Positions 42,428 through 50,356 of a DNA stretch of 64,000 nucleotides are shown piece after piece. The position numbers were made by a program, and so were the translations under genes. The stretch spans positions 128,001 through 192,000 of the forward strand of contig DAIDBH010000014.1 of NCBI GenBank assembly GCA_027310185.1. Direction: 5' to 3'. A model generated the notes under the pieces. It saw only the letters and a program-made list of their open reading frames with translations. It did no database searches and was not told where the DNA came from. Positions within the stretch are counted from its first letter, which is position 1. Every line of letters begins with the position of its first letter. This DNA is from Thermoplasmatales archaeon (GTDB lineage: Archaea > Thermoplasmatota > Thermoplasmata > Thermoplasmatales > Thermoplasmataceae).

Positions 42428-43656
42428 TTATTGTGCTCCCTCATGTTAACTTTCTTCCACAGTGGTATGAATGACAGGAAGAAAATTGTACCTATTATGG
42501 TGAAAGGATACCATATCAGGCCAAGATCAGCTGAGAATATGGTGAGGAAGAATGTCCCCAGCACAGGTGCAATTGGTGTAACCATTCCTGAAAGTACCTG
42601 AAATGATGTGAAATACTGCCCCCTTTTATTAACAGGTGCAATCCTGCTTATGACTGTATTGATTGATGGTGAAACAATATTTTCACCCATAGTTATCAGA
42701 ATTGTGTCCAGTACCAGGAAGGTGAATCCCCTGAAGAAAGGCAGTAAGGAGAATGAAAAGAGATACACAATATAGCCAAGATTGATCCTGGTGATATCTT
42801 CCATCTTCTTCAGCAGCCTGTTTATGGGAAGCTGGCCTAAAGTCACAACAACCCCGTTAACAGAATAGAGCAAGCCTATGTCAAAATCCGTCATGCTGTC
42901 AAATCCCTTCCAGAAGAATGTGAGTGTTGTTCCCCATTGACCTAAAATCAGGTAAAATAATGAAATCAGAATGGCAACTATGAAGAATGGCCTGTCCTTG
43001 AAAGCCTTGAAGATATCCGGTTTCATGTTCACTGAGTCTTCCTTTTCATTCTCCCTTTTTATCTGCTGCTTTTTCAGGAATTTTGCATAGATAAACAGTT
43101 CCGAGAATGAGAAAACGGTCGTTAGGAGGAATATATAGCCATAGCCTATTCCTGCGATGAAACCTCCAATGGCTGGACCCAGTGAAAACCCAAGATTCTG
43201 AAGTATTCTGACAATACTGAACGCTGAGTTTCTCTCTGATACTGTTGAATTGTCTGAAACAATTACATTATCTGCGGCGCCAATTATGTTCATAAGCGGC
43301 TCGCTCAGGATGAGTACGAGATAGATCAGATAGAGGTTGCTGTTTTCAAAGATCAGCAATGTCAGGGAAAGAAGGAGGAGACCAAGAAATATATTTGATA
43401 TGATGATTACAGATCTGGCACCTCTCTTATCGATGAGACCGCCTGCCACCAGTGTTAAAGGAAGTGAGGATATTGCCATTAGAAATACTACAAAACCGAT
43501 GATGAGGTAAGGGACATGCCTTATTACAAGAAGGTAGAGAGGCAGGAAAATCCACATTTGCGATCTGGCAAATACTCTTATGAACTGGTTTGAGGCTACA
43601 ACGGCAATACCGTTCCTCCTGAAAATACTTATAGTTTGGTTACCTGATTGTTCCAA
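42424..43656 (-). CDS. MFS transporter
   Basis: About 12 TM segments, GGLIDKRGAR, NLGFSLGPAIGG, IAPVNKRGQY. Confidence 0.9.
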   Translation of the reverse strand: MEQSGNQTISIFRRNGIAVVASNQFIRVFARSQMWIFLPLYLLVIRHVPYLIIGFVVFLMAISSLPLTLVAGGLIDKRGARSVIIISNIFLGLLLLSLTLLIFENSNLYLIYLVLILSEPLMNIIGAADNVIVSDNSTVSERNSAFSIVRILQNLGFSLGPAIGGFIAGIGYGYIFLLTTVFSFSELFIYAKFLKKQQIKRENEKEDSVNMKPDIFKAFKDRPFFIVAILISLFYLILGQWGTTLTFFWKGFDSMTDFDIGLLYSVNGVVVTLGQLPINRLLKKMEDITRINLGYIVYLFSFSLLPFFRGFTFLVLDTILITMGENIVSPSINTVISRIAPVNKRGQYFTSFQVLSGMVTPIAPVLGTFFLTIFSADLGLIWYPFTIIGTIFFLSFIPLWKKVNMREHNN

Positions 43657-43734
43657 GCGATTCAGAGCCTCATATCAGTGAAGCATATAAGCCTGATTTC
43701 AAAGTTAGAACGTAGTAATAAGTTAATTCTGTTT

Positions 43735-43749
43735 CGTGACTTTACATCT
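43735..43749 (+). repeat. Terminal inverted repeat CGTGACTTTACATCT (transposase-distal end, IRR)
   Basis: Exact reverse complement of 47807-47821; preceded by CTGTTT. Confidence 0.9.
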
Positions 43750-43806
43750 ATTTTAATTTTGTAGACTTCCCAATATGATTTTCAGGCTGTTTTTCTAAAC
43801 CACTAT

Positions 43807-43819
43807 TGTGGGTGCACTA
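43807..43819 (+). repeat. Subterminal repeat TGTGGGTGCACTA
   Basis: Inverted copies at 47680-47692 (exact) and 47740-47750 (TGTGGGTACAC). Confidence 0.8.
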
Positions 43820-44233
43820 CTATTTCAATACCTGATCAAGTTTCATGATCATTCCAATCTTCCTTCCCGTTTCTGACTTGAAATCCAATCTCTCGCTCAC
43901 CTTTTTTCCCCTGGCAGCATATACAACCATTATATCTTTCATAACATCAACTGTTGATGGAAGAGATACGCTCTTCTCTGTCCTGTGCATTTCATTATAT
44001 ATCAGTGAAAGGAAAAGATAGGCAAGAAGAGACATAAACATGTGAACCCTAATCTTCTGTGGAGTTCTGTGATATACTGGAAATGCAATGCCCATGCTGT
44101 TTATTGTGCGGAAGCAGTGTTCCACCCTGTTTCTTTTCTTGTAGAGATCAATTATCCCAGCAGGATCCATATCCATGATGTTTGTGAATATGGCATTCTT
44201 TCCCATCATGGATAAACGTTCGAAGAGATCCAA
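43820..44233 (-). pseudogene. IS1634-family transposase, C-terminal fragment
   Basis: GKNAIFTN...IIDLYKKRNRVEHCFR...PVYHRTPQKIRVHMFMSLLAYL matches the Y-x2-R-x3-E-x2-F-R and P.YH....I..H motifs; the N-terminal majority is missing. Confidence 0.88.
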
Positions 44234-44515
44234 AAAGCCTATTTCAGGATGAAGACTGATAATCCATCACTTTACAAATTCCTGGAACGAGCGACGGACG
44301 ACCTCAAGCAAAACCCTTTCTGTGGTATTCAGATGCCAAAACGGCAAATACCGAAAACCTACGTGAGCAAATATGAGGTCAACAACCTGTGGAAATACAA
44401 CTTACCCAACGCCTGAAGGTTAGTTTATTCAGTTGCCGGGAGCGAAGTGGAAATAATTGCAATTCTGCTGGAGTGGTTTCCTCACAAGGAATATGAGAAG
44501 AGATTCAATTATTGA
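44219..44515 (+). pseudogene. RelE/ParE-like toxin pseudogene (5'-truncated, internal TGA at 44414-44416)
   Basis: Manual translation FEEIQKAYFRMKTDNPSLYKFLERATDDLKQNPFCGIQMPKRQIPKTYVSKYEVNNLWKYNLPNA*RLVYSVAGSEVEIIAILLEWFPHKEYEKRFNY*. Confidence 0.75.
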
Positions 44516-44753
44516 AATTTGATGACGATTCTCTGGATTAACCACAGTCTAAATTGATTTTACAAAAATAAACGTGATATACTTTGAGATTGTTTTTCCA
44601 AAGGCGACGCTAACGTTTCCGAGGTACAGATAGTACCCACTTAATTGATTAAGGGAATAATTAACTTTAGGGTTCAGGTCTATCCTTCTTATGTGAAAAT
44701 GATGTTTCATTCACTAAATTAGCACTTTGATTGACACTGATTAACCTCACTTT

Positions 44754-45060
44754 TTACAACTTCCAGGATGTGAGTGAAAGTCCCAACGCAATAATTACGC
44801 TGACTCCCGAAACTAATGGCAGCATTGATAGGGAAAAGTAGCCGAATAGACTTCCGCCCAAAACGATTCCCAGAGCTATACCTATGTACAACATTGAGTT
44901 GTTAATAGCAAGGGCAGTTTGATGAGAATTTTTCGGCGAAAAATAGACCACCCTTCGTAACTGGGAAGGCATAAAGCCCAAAAGCAATCCATAGTGGAAG
45001 GGGTACACTTTCTATGAGCAAATACACGCCAAGTAGAATACCATAAACCGAAAACACGGG
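44754..45060 (-). pseudogene. MFS transporter C-terminal fragment (apparently frameshifted)
   Basis: ALAINNSMLYIGIALGIVLGG is an MFS TM11-like motif; a hydrophobic segment continues upstream in another frame. Confidence 0.65.
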
Positions 45061-45061
45061 A

Positions 45062-45451
45062 TCACGAACGCAATTGGCGTGTCATAGAATCTTTGCTTCT
45101 CATTAAAATGAGATATTTCATGTGGGTAAACGAAGCTAATAGAATCAGAGGAAAATAGGAAGCAATAAAAACCCATTGAGCTTGCTCTACTGAAGGCACG
45201 TAAACCGTCTCCAAGAGTACATGTCTGAAAATATAGAGCTCAAGCACGGTGACTATTGTAGCTACAACCATAATTGAAAGAGTCATTTTTTCGTAAAACG
45301 CTGCCCTAATAGGAACCGAAGTACGAAAATATCTGAAAGCGAGGCAAAAAGCCGCTCCTCCCTCGATTGCGAGAAGTAAAATCCAAAAATAAAGAAGTTG
45401 GATAATAATTGTCACCTTCTTAACTAAACCAAACCCAGTTTCCGCTACCAT
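45062..45451 (-). CDS. Small multi-TM membrane protein; putative immunity protein
   Basis: 3 hydrophobic helices; overlaps or abuts the stop of the 376-aa gene, with AAGGTGA RBS. Confidence 0.65.
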   Translation of the reverse strand: MVAETGFGLVKKVTIIIQLLYFWILLLAIEGGAAFCLAFRYFRTSVPIRAAFYEKMTLSIMVVATIVTVLELYIFRHVLLETVYVPSVEQAQWVFIASYFPLILLASFTHMKYLILMRSKDSMTRQLRS

Positions 45452-46550
45452 AATCGCTTACAAACTGATTATTAACGCTGGAAACCTCAGCACTGAAAGT
45501 GACTCCCATGATACCCCCATAGGCTACAAATGGTACGTTATACCAAAAAGTATAAGAGTTTCCATTGGAGTTCAAACCATATAGACCAACAGATGATGCA
45601 AACGTACCTACAAGTGTAATCCATGGATAAAAGTAATCATTAACGAAATCCAGATGGATATAAGAAAAGCCAGTGCTTTCATAGTAGCTAAGCATTGTTG
45701 AAGCCTCATACAATAATCCCACGCCTACAATTATCAGAGCAGCTCCAATTGCTTGTGCCAAGACCGGAACCGGTATGAAAAGTGCGACCAGCCCTGCAGC
45801 AGCCAATCCATATCCAGCGTATGTAGTTGTACTTTCCCAATTATTGAAAAACGATTGAGCAGCAGAACCTGTAAATTCCACATTGTAGTTATCATTTTCA
45901 CCATACGTTAGAGACCATCCCCCAAGGTACCACGGGGCGTGATAAACATAATAATTAATGTTGACCCATACCCACGGGTCTATCACGCTACCAGTAGGCG
46001 TAGTAACGTTCACTGCCCATACTTCATACTGGGTTCCATTAAAGTTCGCTTCGTATAACACGCTATGGTCATGAAATGTTCCCTGAGAAGTGACAGTAGA
46101 AGTATTTATTTCGTTAATCGGTGTTCCAGAATAAACAACCTGCTCCTTTAACTGCAAGGATTGCTGGGCACTTTGAGCATTTGAATAGTTATTTTGTTCC
46201 TCACTGGTAAGAATCTGAAGATACATTTCCGCCGTCTGATTTTGACTTACAAATTCTTGAAACAATGCGATTGATGCATTCGTGTTTTGAATGCCTTGTG
46301 CTTGTCCATTAGACTGCAACCAATTTAAAAACAGAGTGGCTATCGAATTTTCTGTTCCACTCTGATTTTGTGTAGTAAATGTGGCAGCTTCAAAGTTAGG
46401 CGAATATCCGTTAACAACATGAGAATTGGAAGTTTGAACCAAATCTGAATTGCTTGTAACAGGAGAGAACCACAAAGCAGAAAGAGCAACCACTACAATC
46501 AGAGAAATAGATATTATAAGTTTTCCTCGGAGGCCATTTTTTAAGTTCAT
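45420..46550 (-). CDS. Secreted protein with an internal hydrophobic hairpin; putative archaeocin precursor
   Basis: Signal/anchor at residues 1-30, hydrophobic Gly/Ala hairpin at residues ~245-281, one Lys and no Arg after residue 10. Confidence 0.75.
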   Translation of the reverse strand: MNLKNGLRGKLIISISLIVVVALSALWFSPVTSNSDLVQTSNSHVVNGYSPNFEAATFTTQNQSGTENSIATLFLNWLQSNGQAQGIQNTNASIALFQEFVSQNQTAEMYLQILTSEEQNNYSNAQSAQQSLQLKEQVVYSGTPINEINTSTVTSQGTFHDHSVLYEANFNGTQYEVWAVNVTTPTGSVIDPWVWVNINYYVYHAPWYLGGWSLTYGENDNYNVEFTGSAAQSFFNNWESTTTYAGYGLAAAGLVALFIPVPVLAQAIGAALIIVGVGLLYEASTMLSYYESTGFSYIHLDFVNDYFYPWITLVGTFASSVGLYGLNSNGNSYTFWYNVPFVAYGGIMGVTFSAEVSSVNNQFVSDYGSGNWVWFS

Positions 46551-46568
46551 AAATTATTATCACAATAC

Positions 46569-46592
46569 AACGTATATAGTTATGGATACGTT
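46569..46592. promoter_or_regulatory. Palindrome AACGTAT-N10-ATACGTT overlapping the TATA box of the 376-aa gene
   Basis: 7-bp perfect inverted repeat; TATATA at 46573-46578, 23-28 nt before ATG 46550. Confidence 0.55.
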
Positions 46593-46780
46593 ATGAAGCG
46601 TTCCAGCCTGGGAGAGTTCGGTGTCATACAATGCAACACCAAAAAATAATAGATATTTATTTCGTTTATGGCGTTTTCCTTTTCTTTTTGCCTACTTTTT
46701 CGGGAAAAATTATGGTCGAAGAAATCCGCTAATCTGCATTAATCAAAAATGCGGGTCTCTGAGAATCCCCTTTCTTGGTG

Positions 46781-46801
46781 AAACTTCTTTCTAAGAAGTT
46801 T
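46781..46801 (-). terminator. Hairpin AAACTTCTT-TCT-AAGAAGTTT downstream of the 130-aa gene
   Basis: 9-bp perfect inverted repeat about 17 nt past the stop codon; could instead be a protein-binding site. Confidence 0.4.
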
Positions 46802-46817
46802 GAACAAGAAATAGAAA

Positions 46818-47210
46818 TTAACTATTATGAGAAGGATGATTTAAATATGCTAACCTAACTGCGATTAAAACTACTATAATCAGGAACGCTTGAAGTATCA
46901 CAACTGCAACTATATCTGTGAAGCCTCTTAGATAAAGATATAGTTCTATCTCTGATAACATTATAAAGAGTAAAGTTAGTAACGAGGTGATATTAACAAA
47001 ACTTGAGAAACCATATCCATGTTTTTTACCACCGAAATAACCCAGACTATTCATAAACAAAAGCAAGAAAAGCCCAATCAGTAAAAAGAATAGAACAATG
47101 CTTTCCAAATTTAAGTTCTTAAATATGGTGAATAATACCGATAGTAATGAAATACTTGCGAGAGCCTCTGATATTGTGTAAAATTTATTAAAGAATTTAG
47201 CATTTTTCAA
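46818..47210 (-). CDS. Four-TM membrane protein; putative immunity protein
   Basis: 4 hydrophobic helices; TTG start 10 nt after the upstream stop, with GGTGG RBS. Confidence 0.7.
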   Translation of the reverse strand: MKNAKFFNKFYTISEALASISLLSVLFTIFKNLNLESIVLFFLLIGLFLLLFMNSLGYFGGKKHGYGFSSFVNITSLLTLLFIMLSEIELYLYLRGFTDIVAVVILQAFLIIVVLIAVRLAYLNHPSHNS

Positions 47211-47220
47211 GTAAGACCAC

Positions 47221-47691
47221 CTAACAATCCTGCGTTAGTAGAATGGCCTCTGCTATTGGCAGAATATTGATAATCGCATACAGAGCAATACACCCAAATA
47301 TGTCTCCAGAAAAACAAGCGACTGCAGCAGCAACAAGACCTATGCCTGTGACGCCTAATGATGCAATTTCTGCGAGGCAAGCAGCCAAGTTTCCATCAAT
47401 AAGGTATACCCCTGTCATAACTACTTTTTGTTTCAGAATGTGGTCTGGTGTAATTTTTATAAAAGAAGTCAACGATTGCGCTGTAAGTAGATAATAGATG
47501 CCAAGGGTTGTTAATGTTTTATTTCCACTTTCTAGATATTTCATGGATAGTGAATATATACCGGACTGTATGCTTAGAAGCTGCCCATACAAGTCGGAAC
47601 TGAAATTGGTGATGAGTACGTCCCCTAAATGTAAATCTCTCCCTTGATTTGGTTGAAAGGCAATTGCCATCACAGATAATAGTGCACCCAC
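47221..47691 (-). CDS. Protein with a hydrophobic Cys-containing C-terminal peptide; probably a 5'-truncated precursor fused to the IS end
   Basis: C-terminus NLAACLAEIASLGVTGIGLVAAAVACFSGDIFGCIALYAIINILPIAEAILLTQDC; the start lies within the IS subterminal region. Confidence 0.6.
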   Translation of the reverse strand: MGALLSVMAIAFQPNQGRDLHLGDVLITNFSSDLYGQLLSIQSGIYSLSMKYLESGNKTLTTLGIYYLLTAQSLTSFIKITPDHILKQKVVMTGVYLIDGNLAACLAEIASLGVTGIGLVAAAVACFSGDIFGCIALYAIINILPIAEAILLTQDC

Positions 47692-47806
47692 ACTAACAAA
47701 CTCTTCTCTCTAAATACATTGTGTACATATGAAAATACTGTGTACCCACAGACAGATTTACAGAAAATAGCTAAATTGCGTGTTCCATGATATACTAATA
47801 AAAAGA

Positions 47807-47821
47807 AGATGTAAAGTCACG
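47807..47821 (-). repeat. Terminal inverted repeat AGATGTAAAGTCACG (IRL)
   Basis: Exact reverse complement of 43735-43749; followed by CTGTTT. Confidence 0.9.
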
Positions 47822-47834
47822 CTGTTTTCTTAAA

Positions 47835-48947
47835 TTATCTGATTTCCTTTATGGTATTTGGAGGTAGATATGCACATGATGGATCTGATTCAAGGAAATT
47901 GCCTGTTTCTACATATGCCCTTGCCCTTGATCCTCCACACACTCCATTGAACTCACATGATGCACATTTCCCCATAAGCCGCCCCGTATCACTGATCTCT
48001 TTTAGAACATGGCTCGCCCTTATGATGTCCTTCAGGTTCTGTTCCCTGACATTTCCAATGGACAGGTTGAAGAGGCCTGATACTGAGACTTCACCGGTAG
48101 AAGAAACGAAGAGTGTCCTGATTCTTCTTCTGGGATTGTACTGCTCCGGAATTTCCAGATCGAATATATCAATGCCAGTGAGCTTCCTGGTTTCCACTGC
48201 CAGGGCATTGAGAAGCGTTCCACCTTCCATGTATCCCTTTCGTATGGTCTCGATCTCTATCCTGCTTATTTCAGGCGCCTCTACAGTTCTTATGGAACAG
48301 CCTGCTACCTTCAACATGTACAGGTATTTGAGCACATCTTCCATTTCCTGTGATGAAATTGGTTCCTCTGAAATGCCTCTTCCTGTCTTTATCAGGAAGA
48401 ACAGTTCCCATATGTTTATGCCAAGTTCCCTCAGGGTATGAAAGATGAATGGCAGGTCCATTATATTTCTCTCCATTACAGTGGTATTTATCTGTGTCTT
48501 GATCCCCTCTGATTTGATCAGGCTTGCCAGTTCTACAGTTTTCTTGAACGAACCCCTCCTGTTCCTTATATGGTCGTGAGTTGACGGAATACCATCAAGA
48601 GAAAGAGATATGGAACTTACACCGTATTCCTCCATCTGGAATATCTGATCCACTGTCATAAAGTCTCCAGCTGAGGGGCTCACGGAAAAACTCAATCGCA
48701 GTCTGGATGCATCCAGCAGGATGCTTGCGAAATCCGGATGAAGCAATGGGTTACCACCTGTAAAGATGATGTGTGGTATTCGATCCATTGAGGAAGAGAG
48801 GTTTTCCAGCAATTTCCTGATTTCATAACCTTTCATCTCTTCCGGACTGACTTCAGTGATGGAAGAGGCCCTGCAATGTACACAACTATAATCGCACGCT
48901 TTTGTTAATTCAATAAACAGTAAGTCCGGTGAATACTCTCTTTCCAT
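47835..48947 (-). CDS. Radical SAM/SPASM protein (NirJ/AhbD-like, TIGR04053-like)
   Basis: ELTKACDYSCVHCRA, FTGGNP, SLSLDG...HD, GKCASCEF..VCGGSRARAY, DPSC. Confidence 0.88.
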   Translation of the reverse strand: MEREYSPDLLFIELTKACDYSCVHCRASSITEVSPEEMKGYEIRKLLENLSSSMDRIPHIIFTGGNPLLHPDFASILLDASRLRLSFSVSPSAGDFMTVDQIFQMEEYGVSSISLSLDGIPSTHDHIRNRRGSFKKTVELASLIKSEGIKTQINTTVMERNIMDLPFIFHTLRELGINIWELFFLIKTGRGISEEPISSQEMEDVLKYLYMLKVAGCSIRTVEAPEISRIEIETIRKGYMEGGTLLNALAVETRKLTGIDIFDLEIPEQYNPRRRIRTLFVSSTGEVSVSGLFNLSIGNVREQNLKDIIRASHVLKEISDTGRLMGKCASCEFNGVCGGSRARAYVETGNFLESDPSCAYLPPNTIKEIR

Positions 48948-49093
48948 AATCTCTCTATAAGCCGTATAAATAAATAGTAATACCCCAATATGTTAAGGTA
49001 AATTATTTCTAGCAGACAATATAGAAATAGCAAAACTCAATTTATACGGACATAGTATTGTTTCCGGAGTCCGTTGAATAGATAATAATTTAA

Positions 49094-50296
49094 ATGTCAT
49101 ACACATGTCATACCATGGATTTGCTGGTGGTTTTCATCACTGGATTTGGTTCAGGTGCCATTGTTTCATCTGTACTTTTCTATCTCCATTTCAGGAAAAA
49201 ACCCAGCCTTTCAGTGGATCGGGATATAATTAAGTCAATTTCTGTAGATGTCCTGAAGGAGGCCAGTGAGCAGAATATAAAAATGACAGAAAATCTGCTG
49301 AAGAGTGTTTCATACAATACCGCATCCATATTTGATGAAAAGAAATCCGAAATTGATTCGCTGGTCATCCCACTGAGGGATGAACTTAAACATTACAGGG
49401 AACAGATAGAGAAGATAGAGAATATCAGGAGAGAAGATTACGGAAATATAAGGAATTTCCTGGACACAATTGGTGAGACAACATCCAGGATAAGACAGGA
49501 GACACTTGCGCTGAACCAGATGTTGAAAAATTCCCAGTCCAGAGGTAGATGGGGAGAGATAACACTGAGGAAGATTGTGGAAAATGCTGGACTCACAGAG
49601 CACATAGATTTTGAGGAACAGGTACAGGGTACCGGAGGTGAGAGACCAGACATGATAATACACCTACCGGGTTCCAAGGAAGTTATCGTGGATTCTAAGG
49701 CCCCATACAAGAAATTCATAGAAGCATTCGAAGAGGAGAATCCTGAAAAAAAATCTGAAATAATGAAGGAATTTGCAGCGGATCTGAAAAAACAGATAAA
49801 GAACCTGAGCTCTAAGCAATATTATGAGAAGGTGCCAGGCTCATTCCAGTTCACAGTAATGTTCCTGCCCCATGAAAGCATGCTCAACGGTGCCATTGGA
49901 ACAGATCCAGAAATTCTGGATTATGCACTATGGAACAACATAGTACTGGCCACCCCACTTACCTTCTTTGCACTCATGAAGGTGATCCAGATGTCATGGA
50001 AGGAAGATTCAATGCTGAGAAATTCTGGAGAACTGGTGAAAATATCCGGGAATATCTATGAGAGAATGAACGGGATGTATGAACGGGTTGAAAGGATTGG
50101 GAAAAATATAAATTCTCTCGTAAAGGATTATAATTCGCTTATTTCATTCAGTGAAAGCAGGGTCCTGCCATCACTTAGAAGAATGAACCAGATAGGCGAG
50201 CTTGGGAAAACTGAAACAATGTCTGGCAAGGAATTGGAAGAATTAACAAGGGAGCCCGTTGCTGAAAAGTGGAACGCAACAGAAAGAACAGATTAA
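49094..50296 (+). CDS. rmuC: DNA recombination protein RmuC
   Basis: N-terminal TM, RGRWGEITL, RPDMII.LP, VIVDSKAP, FTVMFLPHE. Confidence 0.92.
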   Translation: MSYTCHTMDLLVVFITGFGSGAIVSSVLFYLHFRKKPSLSVDRDIIKSISVDVLKEASEQNIKMTENLLKSVSYNTASIFDEKKSEIDSLVIPLRDELKHYREQIEKIENIRREDYGNIRNFLDTIGETTSRIRQETLALNQMLKNSQSRGRWGEITLRKIVENAGLTEHIDFEEQVQGTGGERPDMIIHLPGSKEVIVDSKAPYKKFIEAFEEENPEKKSEIMKEFAADLKKQIKNLSSKQYYEKVPGSFQFTVMFLPHESMLNGAIGTDPEILDYALWNNIVLATPLTFFALMKVIQMSWKEDSMLRNSGELVKISGNIYERMNGMYERVERIGKNINSLVKDYNSLISFSESRVLPSLRRMNQIGELGKTETMSGKELEELTREPVAEKWNATERTD

Positions 50297-50356
50297 CTCA
50301 TACGGCTCCAGCCTTGCATGAGAGAATATTGGTTTGGACATCTACCTCATTTAAAA

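Larger units (their letters stand above)
43735..47821 (-). mobile_element. Non-autonomous IS1634-derived cargo transposon (4,087 bp)
   Basis: 15-bp perfect TIRs, flanking 6-bp direct repeat CTGTTT (43729-43734 and 47822-47827), subterminal repeats, IS1634-like transposase 3' remnant. Confidence 0.88.

Noticed and set aside
43692-43705. CCTGATTTCAAAG as the IS end
   Set aside because: I found no inverted partner or target duplication for it; the 43735/47821 pair has both.
44414-44416. TGA recoding (Trp or Sec) in the RelE-like ORF
   Set aside because: The same ORF uses TGG for Trp and ends in TGA, and host genes stop at TGA; a nonsense mutation is the simpler explanation.
44554-44583. Bacterial sigma70-like promoter (TTGATT-N18-TATACT) in the cargo
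   Set aside because: No downstream plus-strand gene, and such a match is easily produced by chance in AT-rich DNA.
47835-48947. Radical SAM/SPASM enzyme as a RiPP maturase for the adjacent Cys-containing peptide
   Set aside because: It lies outside the TIR/TSD boundary and resembles the NirJ/AhbD-like family; the adjacency results from the insertion site.
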